Of a DNA stretch of 64,000 nt, positions 1 through 10,355 are shown in pieces. The translations under genes were made by a program, and so were the position numbers. Numbering within the stretch: position 1 is the stretch's first letter; each line of letters starts with the position of its first letter. The DNA is from Promethearchaeia archaeon (GTDB lineage: Archaea > Asgardarchaeota > Lokiarchaeia > Sigyniarchaeales > SOKP01), in the NCBI GenBank assembly GCA_029856045.1, contig JAHQWG010000053.1:10021-74020 (forward strand), given 5' to 3'. The notes below the pieces were generated by a model. That model saw only the letters and a program-made list of their open reading frames with translations, did not search any database and was not told the origin of the DNA.

Positions 1-1
1 T

Positions 2-694
2 ATAGAAGATTGTACAGTTTCAATCGAAAAATTCGCTAAATGTGTTCAAAAGATTAAGAAAATTACCGAAGAATTAGAATTGGATAATATAGAGATTGCT
101 AATTTCGGACATATGGATGGAAATATGCACCCAACATTTTTATTTAATGAGAACAATGAATTTGATCGTAAATCACTATTAGTAGCTATGAAATACTTAT
201 ATGAAAAAATTGTGATACCATTAGGGGGAACAATTACCGGCGAACATGGAGTTGGTTCTATTAAAACTCCTTTTCTCAAACTAGAATATGATAAAGAAAC
301 TTTAAATCTAATGAGAGGGATTAAACTTTTTTTTGATCCCAATATGATTCTTAACCCAGGTAAAGGAAAAGGAGACCCTCGGATAATAAAAAATAATATA
401 TTGAATAGAAAGTTAAAAATTCCAGGAGATTTAGCTTTATCTTGTATGAGGTGCGGATTCTGTATCCCACTATGCCCATCAAAAGATTATTATAAATTCG
501 AAGCATATACCCCAAGAGGGAGATTAAATATATTAAATGGATTAGTTCATGGAGATTTAAAATTATCAGAGAAAATCAATGAAATTTTGCATACTTGCAT
601 TCTTTGTGGTGCATGTTCTGTATTGTGCCCTGCAGGAGTGAAAACTTATGAAATCTTTGAGAAAGCCAGAGAATTAATACATAAAAAAACTTAA
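2..694 (+). CDS. FAD-linked oxidase (GlcD-like C-terminal domain) fused to a 2x[4Fe-4S] domain; 5'-partial
   Basis: Frame is open from base 2 (IEDCTVSIEKF...). FGHMDGNMHP, ITGEHGVG and FDPNMILNPGK are FAD-oxidase_C motifs. CMRCGFCIPLCP and CILCGACSVLCP are ferredoxin motifs. Confidence 0.85.
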   Translation: MEDCTVSIEKFAKCVQKIKKITEELELDNIEIANFGHMDGNMHPTFLFNENNEFDRKSLLVAMKYLYEKIVIPLGGTITGEHGVGSIKTPFLKLEYDKETLNLMRGIKLFFDPNMILNPGKGKGDPRIIKNNILNRKLKIPGDLALSCMRCGFCIPLCPSKDYYKFEAYTPRGRLNILNGLVHGDLKLSEKINEILHTCILCGACSVLCPAGVKTYEIFEKARELIHKKT

Positions 695-759
695 ATTGTT
701 TTATCCCCCAAATACAAAACATTAATAAATTTGAAAATTTAATTTAGAAATGAATATTC

Positions 760-3438
760 TTGGAAAAACGTTTAATTATAAAACTGAGTGCATCCGTTGT
801 AGGCATGCTCTTATTAAGTGCTTTCTTAATAACTCCAATTGGAATTTTGCCAGGGTTAGGTAGTCTTTTATCTCCTATTGGAGGAATTTGGAATGGACCA
901 AATTACGCAGAATACCCTTCAATGAAAGAAGTTAGAGGGACAGGATATAGTGGAACTGTATATAGAGATGAATTAGGAATTCCACATATATTTACCTCGG
1001 GTCAAAACGACTTATCTTATATTATCGGTTATTTACAAGCAATTGATCGATTATTTAGTATGGACATGCAGAAAAGAGTAATTACTGGCAGGGTCTCAGA
1101 GATATTGGGATCAAATAGCCTTGAAATGGACAAGTACTATAGATTATTAGGGTTTGCGCGAAGCGCTGAGGAACTATGGAATAAAATAGAAGAAGATGCC
1201 CAATCGGACCTTGAATTACTATTGTTAATAGATTCTATGCGAGCTTATTGTGCAGGGGTAAATAGATACATCGATGAGATCACTCCAAATAACCTCCCAC
1301 TAGAATATATACTCTTAGGCCTACAGCCAGAATATTGGACGGTTTTGGACATTTTGACATTTGTGAAATATGAATCCTGGGCATTGACCTATAGTGAATT
1401 TGATATTGCAATGACCATCATTAGAGATGCCATGGGAGACGATATACCACCTGAATTAGTCCCCTATGAGCCATTTCCATTTGAAAAAGTAGTAGTTCCT
1501 AATTTCAAGGATAATACATCTGGTGGTATTCCCAAACCTAAAAGTTCTGCAATGGGAAATGGTGGTGGTTTTAGCCAGAGTAGTTTAGAAAAAATCCCTG
1601 AATTAAAAGAAGATTTACAAGGGATTTTTAACCTATTTCAGAATTTCAACCTTTTTGGATTGAAGGATCAAATAATTCAAGCTTGTTCAAATAATTGGGT
1701 GATAAATGGAAGTCTGTCATACTCAGGAAAACCGATCTTGTGTAACGATCCTCATTTTCAATTAATTTTACCATCGGTCTTGTGGGAGTTTCATTTCGTT
1801 AATACATCAGAAAATTTTTACAATAGTCTTTATGGTGTTGCATTTCCGGGTGCTCCTTCTGCGGTAATGGGTCACACAGCTTACATTTCTTGGGGTATGA
1901 CCAATAGTTTCTACGATCAAAATGATTTCTATCTTGAAAAATTAAATAATGAAGGTACAAAATATATCTTCAATAACACGGAACGAGATATAGAAACCGT
2001 CACAGAATTAATAAAAATAAAAGGACAATCGGACTATAATTATGAAATTAAATTCACGCGACATAACTGGACTGAACAAGATAATTTCAAGTGCCCGATA
2101 ATCAATTCAACGGAATTTGGTTATCCTGGAAATCTAAACATTTCAATAAAGTGGCCAGGGTATGCACCAGATTACGGTATATTAAAAGGTTTTTATAGGC
2201 TTAATAACGCGAAGAATATAAATGATTTTATAGAAGCAATGAGAGTATATGGCTGTCCTGGGTTAAATTTTATTTATGCGGACGTGGAAGGAAACATAGC
2301 CATCTATCCAAAGGGTAATTATCCAGTTAGAAATGCAACGGGAGTTGTCAAGGAAGGTAGATATATAATGAATGGTAGTAATGGAGAGGATGAATGGACT
2401 GGCTATATTCCGTTTGATTGGATCCCGCATAAAATAAACCCTCCAGATCAGATGTATCTAGCTTCAGCGAATCAACGAACTGTGAACACAACTGAATATA
2501 CAAAGTATTATACCTCATATGGTTTTGTGAATTCTTATAGAAGCCGGAGAATTAATCAGTTATTAGAAAATGAATCGTATTATCACAAGACATTTGGCAC
2601 GAACATTACGATTGAAAAAATGAAAAAGTTTCAGACGGATTATTATGATATTGCGGCGGAGGTTTTTGTCCCCATTTTACTTGAGACCCTTAAAAACGCC
2701 TATCCCACTGGAGTACCAGCTACAGGTGAAACTGAATTATTGTACATGTCAATCGAAGCTTTAAAGGCTTGGAATGAAAGTGATGCTCGATGGATAATGG
2801 ATAAAGACCTCATAGCACCGACGATTTTCAATGTATGGCTGGAAATTTATCAAAATTTCACCTTTTTAGACGAGTTCGAAGATGCTAATGTCAATATTGG
2901 TGGAAGAGTGGCATATCTAACAGATTATCTCGAGTATTTAACAAGGTATAATCAGACTTCAAAATGGTTCGATAGTATTTCCACATCAGGAACAACTGAA
3001 AATGCTTCAATGATTATGTTGATGGCATTGAATGAAACAATGGAAGTATTAAGTACTGATTTTGAAAACTTCAACGATTGGTTATGGAGAAATTTTCACA
3101 TAATGGACATTCAATATTTACAGGGACTGGTACCAGCGTTTAATATGCCGAAATATGGTTGTTCGGGTAGTTCAAGAACATTGAATGTGGCATCTGGATA
3201 TTTTATCCATTCTGGACCATGTATGAGGTTGATCGTAGATTTTGAAAAATTAGTAAATCAAGAACTCTATAGCGGATATATATCTATTCCTGGTGGTCAA
3301 TCTGGTAATCCTCTGAGCTCGCATTATGATGATAATTATCAAATCTGGAAGAACAATGATTATTATCAAATATTATTTCCGCGAAATATAAGTGCATATC
3401 CCTTAAATAAAATATATTCAACCGTGATTTTCAGTTAA
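760..3438 (+). CDS. Penicillin acylase family Ntn-hydrolase, membrane anchored/secreted
   Basis: N-terminal hydrophobic segment, RDELGIPHI, GYLQAIDRLFSMD, nucleophile motif SNNWV, NDPH, PGGQSGNP. TTG start. Confidence 0.92.
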   Translation: MEKRLIIKLSASVVGMLLLSAFLITPIGILPGLGSLLSPIGGIWNGPNYAEYPSMKEVRGTGYSGTVYRDELGIPHIFTSGQNDLSYIIGYLQAIDRLFSMDMQKRVITGRVSEILGSNSLEMDKYYRLLGFARSAEELWNKIEEDAQSDLELLLLIDSMRAYCAGVNRYIDEITPNNLPLEYILLGLQPEYWTVLDILTFVKYESWALTYSEFDIAMTIIRDAMGDDIPPELVPYEPFPFEKVVVPNFKDNTSGGIPKPKSSAMGNGGGFSQSSLEKIPELKEDLQGIFNLFQNFNLFGLKDQIIQACSNNWVINGSLSYSGKPILCNDPHFQLILPSVLWEFHFVNTSENFYNSLYGVAFPGAPSAVMGHTAYISWGMTNSFYDQNDFYLEKLNNEGTKYIFNNTERDIETVTELIKIKGQSDYNYEIKFTRHNWTEQDNFKCPIINSTEFGYPGNLNISIKWPGYAPDYGILKGFYRLNNAKNINDFIEAMRVYGCPGLNFIYADVEGNIAIYPKGNYPVRNATGVVKEGRYIMNGSNGEDEWTGYIPFDWIPHKINPPDQMYLASANQRTVNTTEYTKYYTSYGFVNSYRSRRINQLLENESYYHKTFGTNITIEKMKKFQTDYYDIAAEVFVPILLETLKNAYPTGVPATGETELLYMSIEALKAWNESDARWIMDKDLIAPTIFNVWLEIYQNFTFLDEFEDANVNIGGRVAYLTDYLEYLTRYNQTSKWFDSISTSGTTENASMIMLMALNETMEVLSTDFENFNDWLWRNFHIMDIQYLQGLVPAFNMPKYGCSGSSRTLNVASGYFIHSGPCMRLIVDFEKLVNQELYSGYISIPGGQSGNPLSSHYDDNYQIWKNNDYYQILFPRNISAYPLNKIYSTVIFS

Positions 3439-3452
3439 TGGAGAGTGTTTAA

Positions 3453-3857
3453 ATGAGTATCGTTACTGGTATAAAAGAATTATTTTATTCAGAGAATGTT
3501 TTTATAGGATTTATCATTGCATTTGTACTTGCACTTTATTTAGAAATAACTGGTGTATATTTATTAATGCTTTTGGTTGGTGGCGTTGCAGGATTTTTTG
3601 TAAAAAGGGGATGGCTCAGTTTCATCATTGGGTTTATGAGTGTGGCTTTAGCATGGGGAATATATTTCATATTTTTCGCATTCATTGGACCATTAGGAGA
3701 GTTTTTTATCCTGATTGGTTCGATAATTGGGATATCTGGAGTAATTTTAATGATATTATCCTTAATAATAGGGGGATTATTAGGTGGAATCGGAGCACTC
3801 GTTGGAGCTTACACCACACAATTAATTTTAGGAGATAAATACATTAGAAAATCATAA
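3453..3857 (+). CDS. Small glycine-rich multi-pass membrane protein
   Basis: About 4 hydrophobic segments; GGAGAG SD upstream; 14 bp after the acylase. Confidence 0.75.
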   Translation: MSIVTGIKELFYSENVFIGFIIAFVLALYLEITGVYLLMLLVGGVAGFFVKRGWLSFIIGFMSVALAWGIYFIFFAFIGPLGEFFILIGSIIGISGVILMILSLIIGGLLGGIGALVGAYTTQLILGDKYIRKS

Positions 3858-3939
3858 AATTTGGGATTTTCGGAGCGAACTTCCGACTACTTTGATTGGT
3901 AAGGTTTTAAAAAGAGCGCTAGGGGAAGAAGCAAAATAA
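3856..3939 (+). pseudogene. 3'-terminal remnant of an AMP-forming acyl-CoA ligase
   Basis: Own translation KIWDFRSELPTTLIGKVLKRALGEEAK* resembles the ANL-family A10 region (F.xELPxT.xGK.LxRxL). No start codon. Confidence 0.65.
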
Positions 3940-4112
3940 TATTCCAAATCATTGTAATCTTTTAAAATTTTCATATAAAAATTTCTAAAAGATAAAAATT
4001 TGACAACACACAAAGTTCATAAGATTTATCCATGTTCGGATAATCAGCTGAACTAATTCATAAAAACTTTAAATATATCACATGGGTTTTTATTTATTTC
4101 TTATTCTAGATT

Positions 4113-4580
4113 TTATCTTTTTTTTCTCGCTCTCATCTTTGTTTTCTCTATAAATTCAAGGCAAACCCCTAATACCTCTGTTGTATCAAAATAGTCCCAT
4201 TTTAGATTGGCAAATTGACTCGCATTAACGGATTGAAATCCCATTTCTTTCATTTTGGTTGAATATGATTCTAGATTCTCAATATATACACCATAATGAT
4301 GTAATCCTTCTTTTCCTTGCTCAATAAATTCCTTATAAATACAATCTCCATCAACCCATTGGATTAATTCTAACTCTAACATGCCCAATTGGCTAAATCC
4401 TGCCTTAATATCAACTATAGTGCGTTTATCTCGAAATTGGGTATCCAGATTTGGAACGTTTATAATTTGAAATTTTGGTAAACCTAGGATTTCTTCCATT
4501 AATTTAGATTGTTTTTCAATATTTTTATAAACATATCCCAATTGTCCAATTTTAAGTTCAGAAAATTTTATCTCTACCAA
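4113..4580 (-). CDS. VOC/glyoxalase family protein (methylmalonyl-CoA epimerase-like)
   Basis: QLGYV, LELELIQW, EGLHHYG, LEFIE motifs. GGTGA SD 7 nt before a TTG start. Confidence 0.85.
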   Translation of the reverse strand: MVEIKFSELKIGQLGYVYKNIEKQSKLMEEILGLPKFQIINVPNLDTQFRDKRTIVDIKAGFSQLGMLELELIQWVDGDCIYKEFIEQGKEGLHHYGVYIENLESYSTKMKEMGFQSVNASQFANLKWDYFDTTEVLGVCLEFIEKTKMRARKKR

Positions 4581-4712
4581 ATAGTTGTCACCAAATAAAT
4601 TTTAATATTTTAATTTAGATCTTTAGAATTTTGTTTTTAAATATTATTTCAATTATTAATTTAATATAATAACTTTGGTTATTTTTAAGAAATCGTTATC
4701 TTAAGAACGATC

Positions 4713-5603
4713 ATGATTTGGAAAACCCGTATAAATCAAATGACAAAAACAAAATATCCTGTAATTATGGGGGCATTTGTAGGATTAGGTAAAGCAGATT
4801 TTGCTGCTCCATTTTCTGAAGCTGGTGGTTTGGGAATTATCACTGCCTTAAATTTTAAAACTCCTAACCGCTTTAAACAAGAACTGGCACATATGAAAGA
4901 ATTGACAGAAAAACCATTCGGTGTAAATTTTTCTGTAGTCCCACCCCAAGTAAAAGGAGGATTTCACTTAACAGAAAACTCAAAACGTAATTATTTATCG
5001 TATGTTGAGATTGCGTTAGTAGAAGGAGTAAAAATTTTTACAACTTCAGCTTATCAAGCAACATTTATTGGAGAGAGATTACATGAAGCAGGATGCTATT
5101 GGTTTCATAAATCTGCTACGATAAGACATGCCATAAGCGCAGAAAGGGCTGGTGCAGATGCGGTCACAATTGTTGGATTAGAAGGAACAGGTTTTAAAAA
5201 TCCTCTTACCCAAACAACCTTGGTAAATATTACAATGGCAAGAAGGTTACTTAAAATCCCAATAATTGCAGCAGGAGGTATCGGTGATGCGAGAGGATTT
5301 TTGGGGGCTCTAGCAATGGGCGCAGAAGCCGCTTGTTTTGGAACAGCAGTTATGGTATGCGAAGAAAGTCCTGCAGCATTAAAACTGAAAGAAAAATGGA
5401 TAAATGAAGATATTTTTACGGAGGATTACCACCAAAAGATTTATCATCTTAAATTGAGAGATACAGTTCTTCCTTCAATGGCAATCGGTCATCGAAAGAA
5501 AATAATAACAATCAAGGAGTTTATTGAAGAAATTATGAATGAATCAGAAGTGATATTAAGATCTTGGGGATTCACTGCAGAAGAGTTTAATACAATTTTC
5601 TAA
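4713..5603 (+). CDS. Nitronate monooxygenase / FabK-like FMN-dependent oxidoreductase
   Basis: SEAGGLGII, KPFGVN, IPIIAAGGIGDARG, ALAMGAE motifs. Confidence 0.85.
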   Translation: MIWKTRINQMTKTKYPVIMGAFVGLGKADFAAPFSEAGGLGIITALNFKTPNRFKQELAHMKELTEKPFGVNFSVVPPQVKGGFHLTENSKRNYLSYVEIALVEGVKIFTTSAYQATFIGERLHEAGCYWFHKSATIRHAISAERAGADAVTIVGLEGTGFKNPLTQTTLVNITMARRLLKIPIIAAGGIGDARGFLGALAMGAEAACFGTAVMVCEESPAALKLKEKWINEDIFTEDYHQKIYHLKLRDTVLPSMAIGHRKKIITIKEFIEEIMNESEVILRSWGFTAEEFNTIF

Positions 5604-5711
5604 ACGTTAAACTATATAATTCTTTATTTTTTCTACGAATTCCTGAAAGTATTTAATAAAATTTTTCCTACCAAAAATTTTTAAAATAAAAATTGATCTT
5701 TAACAATAGAT

Positions 5712-6230
5712 ATGTCATCACCTCCCCCTCCACAAACTCCTAATTCAAGAAGATCTCGGAGATTTGAAACCAGAGAATTAGTTGAAATAATAAGAAATGC
5801 GATGGAAATATATGACGATCAATGGGAACAAGAATCCATTTCAATTAGAGCAGTTCCCAGATATCAAGAGGATTATAACAAACTTACAGTAGAAGAAAAG
5901 GAAAAATTTCATGAATTCTTAGAATTGGGTTCGATTTGTCCAATTTGTAAAGCTAAAAATCATGTAAATTATTTAAAAAAATTTTATTTTAATAAAAAAC
6001 CTGATAAAATAAATCTAAAAAATAGTTTATTGAAATTAATGGAACGATCTAAAGATTCTAGTAAAAATATCTCAATTGGAATACCTTGCTGTAGCTGTTA
6101 TAGAAAAGTTTTCAATCAGAATAAATCTAATTTAACTATATCACTGAATAGATCGAATTCACGTATGCGATTGATAACAATTCAACTTCCTGAGGAATAT
6201 ATAAATTCATTAGATAGGTTAGTTCGATAA
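5712..6230 (+). CDS. Hypothetical Zn-binding protein with Pro-rich N-terminus and partial ribbon-helix-helix C-terminus
   Basis: CPIC...CCSC; ends MRLITIQLPEEYINSLDRLVR. Confidence 0.6.
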   Translation: MSSPPPPQTPNSRRSRRFETRELVEIIRNAMEIYDDQWEQESISIRAVPRYQEDYNKLTVEEKEKFHEFLELGSICPICKAKNHVNYLKKFYFNKKPDKINLKNSLLKLMERSKDSSKNISIGIPCCSCYRKVFNQNKSNLTISLNRSNSRMRLITIQLPEEYINSLDRLVR

Positions 6231-6283
6231 AACAATATCAATTTTAAGATCTAATATGGGTTAGAAAAAGTATTGAAAATAAA

Positions 6284-7750
6284 TTAATTACAATCTGTCC
6301 TTTTTTGACCGTATTCATATAAGGCTAAATATGATTTTGCGGCCCTTTGAATTGTTGGATATACTAAAAAATCATTTTCCTTAAGCTTTTTGTAGAATAT
6401 TTGCCGATCCTCATCAGGATATTCATGTAAAATTATTATCAGGATTTTATTAAGAGAACGCACATAATCCTTAATTCTAATTAAATTTTTAAAATAGCCT
6501 TGGAACCACTGTCCACCAAATTTTCCCGGCGTATCTGTTTCTATTATTACCAAATCTATGTTTTCTGAAATGGCAACCTTGGAAATTTCATAAAATGCGT
6601 CTATATATGTAATCCATGGTAAATCTAACGGATTAGAATAGGATCCTACCTTTATAGGATAAATTTCTATCAATTTTTCTTTTATTTTTCCTTCAAATAG
6701 CGGCATATTTAAACCTAATTTGGTTAAGCTATCTGTAGCAAGAATCCCGAAACCTCCAGACCATAAAATAACCAAGGTATTCTTTCCCTTAGGAAATATG
6801 AGTTCTTTATTCAATTTTTCTTGATTTCTTTTATCACTAAAAAAATGATTGAACATGTAAGCATAATCAATCATTTGTTCTAAGGATGTTTCTACCTCAA
6901 TTGTTGGTGTTTGTTTAATAATAGCATCCCAAATATTCTGTTTTGTCGCAATTGAACCGGTATGACTTAAAACTGCGGTCTTAGAACGTTTTGTTGTCCC
7001 TCCATTCATAAATAATACGGGTTTTTTCATGTGTTTTAGAACATGGAATAACTTTTTTCCTTCTTCTCTGTGAAATCTTGAAAATCCTTCGAAATATACG
7101 CAAATTATATCTGTTTCTTCATCCTGATTGTAATATTCTAAAATATCAGACATTTGCAAATCTACACAATTTCCTATACTAGCGCCTTTAGAAAATTTAA
7201 GACCATATCTTAGAAAACCAAATTTTATGAGTTTAGTATGTAGATCACCTGAATGGAAAACACTTGCGATATTACCACTTTCAATTGGGAATAAAAAATG
7301 ATAAGCATTATGACCCTTAGGGCAATAAACCCCCATACAGTTGGGACCAATTGCTCGCGTATTTATTTCCTTATTATCTAAAATTTTTTTTATTTCTTCT
7401 TCGATTTGACTTCCAATTTCATCAGATTCCCCTGTACCAGCTGTGAATATATGGAAAAAATTTACCTTTTTAATACTTAAAATTTTTTTTATAGTCTGAA
7501 CAAGTTTTTCTCTCCTAACTGCTAATATGAAAAGATCAATAGTGTCTGCAGGAACTTCTTCAATTGTTTTATAACACTTTATATCATAAATCTCTGTTTC
7601 TGTAGGAGAAATTAAGTAGAGATTCTCTTTCTTAAATCCTTGTTTGTTTAGACCTTTAATAAAGTAACTTAATTTATATTTTGCTTCAAAAATAGCAATA
7701 TTTCTTGGTTTGAACAAAAAGTCTAGTGATTTAAGTTCTTTATTATTCAT
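6284..7750 (-). CDS. NDP-forming acyl-CoA synthetase, alpha-type subunit (CoA-binding + ligase domains)
   Basis: IGPNCMG, SIGNCVDL, YFEG, phospho-His motif SHTGS, NPLDL. Confidence 0.85.
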   Translation of the reverse strand: MNNKELKSLDFLFKPRNIAIFEAKYKLSYFIKGLNKQGFKKENLYLISPTETEIYDIKCYKTIEEVPADTIDLFILAVRREKLVQTIKKILSIKKVNFFHIFTAGTGESDEIGSQIEEEIKKILDNKEINTRAIGPNCMGVYCPKGHNAYHFLFPIESGNIASVFHSGDLHTKLIKFGFLRYGLKFSKGASIGNCVDLQMSDILEYYNQDEETDIICVYFEGFSRFHREEGKKLFHVLKHMKKPVLFMNGGTTKRSKTAVLSHTGSIATKQNIWDAIIKQTPTIEVETSLEQMIDYAYMFNHFFSDKRNQEKLNKELIFPKGKNTLVILWSGGFGILATDSLTKLGLNMPLFEGKIKEKLIEIYPIKVGSYSNPLDLPWITYIDAFYEISKVAISENIDLVIIETDTPGKFGGQWFQGYFKNLIRIKDYVRSLNKILIIILHEYPDEDRQIFYKKLKENDFLVYPTIQRAAKSYLALYEYGQKRTDCN

Positions 7751-7867
7751 CTATATTCTAATATAGAAATAAAGTAAAAAAAATAACTTTTATTAATTAT
7801 TAAAATCAAAAAGTATATAATTTTAAAAATGAATAAAATCAAAAAAAATATTGAATAGGGTAATTAT

Positions 7868-8815
7868 ATGAATCCAAGCGAAATAAAACATGTTCTAGTA
7901 GTTGGAGCCGGTACAATGGGTCATTCAATTGCACAAGTTTTTGCTCAATATGGGATGGAAGTTGATTTGGTTGATAAAAATCAAACAGTATTAGAACATG
8001 CTCTTAATTTAATAAAATCAAATTTAACAGTATTAGCAGAATTTGGACGTGTCTCAAGTAGTGATATTTCGAAAATTGTAGATCGAATTCATCCCTCAAC
8101 TAATCTCGCTACTGCCGCTCAAAATGCGGATTACGTCATAGAAGCGGTGAATGAAAATTCTGAAATAAAGAAGGAAGTTTTTTTACAATTAGATGAAAAT
8201 TGTTCTGAAGATATAGTATTGGCAAGTAATACTTCAGGACTAGATATTTTTAGCATTGTAGATATTAAAAAACCTGAAAGATTAATAATTCACCATTGGT
8301 TCCATCCACCCTATATAATTCCATTAGTTGAAATAGTACCAGGACCTAAAACACCTCCAGAACTGATTTCTTTCTCGGTTAAATTAATGGAAAGCCTTGG
8401 TAAAAAGCCAATAGTATTGAAAAAGTTTACTCAATTATTTATTATCAATCGAATTCAGGGTGTTTTAAATCTCCAAGTTTATGAAATGATAGCAAAAGGC
8501 TGGATAACTCCCGAAGATATTGATCTCGCAGTGAAAACTAGCTTGGGTATTCGATTACCAATTGTAGGTTTAGTTCAGACTCAAGATTTTACAGGACTTG
8601 ATTTAATTCTTGATGTTCAAAAAAACATGCGTATGAATCGTAAATATCCTCAAGTGGAAAATTTAGTAAAGCAAGGACGTCTTGGTATCAAAACTAGCAA
8701 AGGTTTCTATGATTATAGTGGACGGAGTGAAGAAGAAGTGCTTAAAAAGAGAGATAGACTATATTTAAAAATGCTAGATTTTCTTGAAAAAATAAACGCC
8801 TTTGAACCAGTTTAG
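7868..8815 (+). CDS. 3-hydroxyacyl-CoA dehydrogenase
   Basis: VVGAGTMGHSIA Rossmann motif, ASNTSG, HWFHPP, LVEIVPG, GFYDY. Confidence 0.92.
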   Translation: MNPSEIKHVLVVGAGTMGHSIAQVFAQYGMEVDLVDKNQTVLEHALNLIKSNLTVLAEFGRVSSSDISKIVDRIHPSTNLATAAQNADYVIEAVNENSEIKKEVFLQLDENCSEDIVLASNTSGLDIFSIVDIKKPERLIIHHWFHPPYIIPLVEIVPGPKTPPELISFSVKLMESLGKKPIVLKKFTQLFIINRIQGVLNLQVYEMIAKGWITPEDIDLAVKTSLGIRLPIVGLVQTQDFTGLDLILDVQKNMRMNRKYPQVENLVKQGRLGIKTSKGFYDYSGRSEEEVLKKRDRLYLKMLDFLEKINAFEPV

Positions 8816-8821
8816 TATTTT

Positions 8822-9307
8822 TCAATCCTTTATTTCATCAATAAAAACATATCTCTTATCTAAAAAGAACTTGGTAAGATAACCTATGCTTAAAGCAATA
8901 ATAAAACTAATCTCGAGTGGTGTTCCAATAAAATTCGTGAAAATAAACTGAATTCCAATATTTTCTACAGTTGTTAGAATTGCAAACAAGAAATATTTTA
9001 TGAATTGTTTGGATGTTTCTTTAATCTCCATGCTCTTTTTCTTAAACACATAAAATTTATCCAAGAAAAATTTAATAATATAAGTAATTCCAACGGCTAT
9101 TATTGAACCTACTAATTCAGGCATATTGTAAGGATATATCGAGCAATAAAATGTTTGTATTAAATCAATTTCACTGAAATTAGCACATATAAATGGTGCT
9201 AACCATATCTGATTAATTTTTTGGATTAAATAATTAAGACCAATCATTAGAGCAGCAAAAATAAAATAATACATCAATTGTTTTTTTATTTCATTTTCTT
9301 CTTCCAT
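8822..9307 (-). CDS. GtrA-family membrane protein
   Basis: Twofold internal repeat of TM pairs ending KFFLDKxYVF. Confidence 0.75.
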   Translation of the reverse strand: MEEENEIKKQLMYYFIFAALMIGLNYLIQKINQIWLAPFICANFSEIDLIQTFYCSIYPYNMPELVGSIIAVGITYIIKFFLDKFYVFKKKSMEIKETSKQFIKYFLFAILTTVENIGIQFIFTNFIGTPLEISFIIALSIGYLTKFFLDKRYVFIDEIKD

Positions 9308-9322
9308 AGAAAACCTCTCTTT

Positions 9323-9643
9323 TTATCTTAATTTTGCACCACAGTAGGGACAAAAACGTAGATTTAATTCTTTTATTTCATTTCCACAACTAAGACATGT
9401 AAGATAATCTAATTCGGTAAATGATTCTTTCTTTTTATATTCATGATTTTCAGGGATTTCTCCCTCTTCAGTTTGCTCGATGCTTTCAAACTCAGATTCT
9501 CCTCTATTACGAGAAGAAAATGGCCAACAACAAATCAATGGAAAAAAAAAAATGAAGGGAAAATTCAGGTTAAATATGAAAAATAGAATTATTATTAATA
9601 TTCCAATTGAGAAAAATAATATTATTCTCGCCCGATAATTCAT
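9323..9643 (-). CDS. Membrane-anchored zinc-ribbon protein
   Basis: N-terminal TM hairpin, acidic linker, CLSCG...FCPYCG. Confidence 0.8.
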   Translation of the reverse strand: MNYRARIILFFSIGILIIILFFIFNLNFPFIFFFPLICCWPFSSRNRGESEFESIEQTEEGEIPENHEYKKKESFTELDYLTCLSCGNEIKELNLRFCPYCGAKLR

Positions 9644-9655
9644 TTCTACTCCATT

Positions 9656-10255
9656 TTAACTTTTTATCTTATCTTTCCAAGCATCCTTTCGCATTTTTTC
9701 ATCATCTATATATTCGTCATCCAATTTTTTACTATCTTCTTCCAATTGAGATTTTGTGGGAATAGTTAATAATGAACTCTGGGATAAACCTTGAGGACGC
9801 CATAGTGAGGGTGATTCAATTCCTTTTATTTTTCTGTATATCAATCTAATTAAATAAGATACACCAAAAAGACTAAAAGATGTTAATATATATAATCCTA
9901 CCCAACCGTCTCCAAAGAATAAAACTGGAAAAAAAATCAATCCTGCCGAATAATCTGCATAAATTATTCCTAAAATTGCCCATAATACCCAAAATGTTAT
10001 ACAACATACACACATTGGAACCATTTGCTTTATCATCATTTGTTTCATCAAAGCCATGTATTCTTTCTGTAATCTCGTAAACTCCTCAGCATCTCCCATT
10101 GCTTGATTTAATCGATTTTGGATATCTTTTGTTTTATCTATAAAATCTCTCCTTTCTGAAGCTGATTGACCGAATATTTTAATAAACACTAATCGACTGA
10201 AATAAACAATAACAGTTATCAGTACAATTTGTAAAATTATTATCTCATTTGCCAT
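9656..10255 (-). CDS. EMC3/TMCO1 (DUF106, Oxa1 superfamily) membrane insertase-like protein
   Basis: TM1, coiled coil, Met-rich MKQMMIKQMVPM into TM2, then GWVGLYILTSF TM3. This is the DUF106 architecture. Confidence 0.75.
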   Translation of the reverse strand: MANEIIILQIVLITVIVYFSRLVFIKIFGQSASERRDFIDKTKDIQNRLNQAMGDAEEFTRLQKEYMALMKQMMIKQMVPMCVCCITFWVLWAILGIIYADYSAGLIFFPVLFFGDGWVGLYILTSFSLFGVSYLIRLIYRKIKGIESPSLWRPQGLSQSSLLTIPTKSQLEEDSKKLDDEYIDDEKMRKDAWKDKIKS

Positions 10256-10355
10256 CTATTTAATCACTTAATATGATAAATCTGCATTTAAATTAAATTT
10301 TAGTAATTTACTTTTAAACTAAATAGAATAAGATTAATTGGGATAAGAAACTCAC

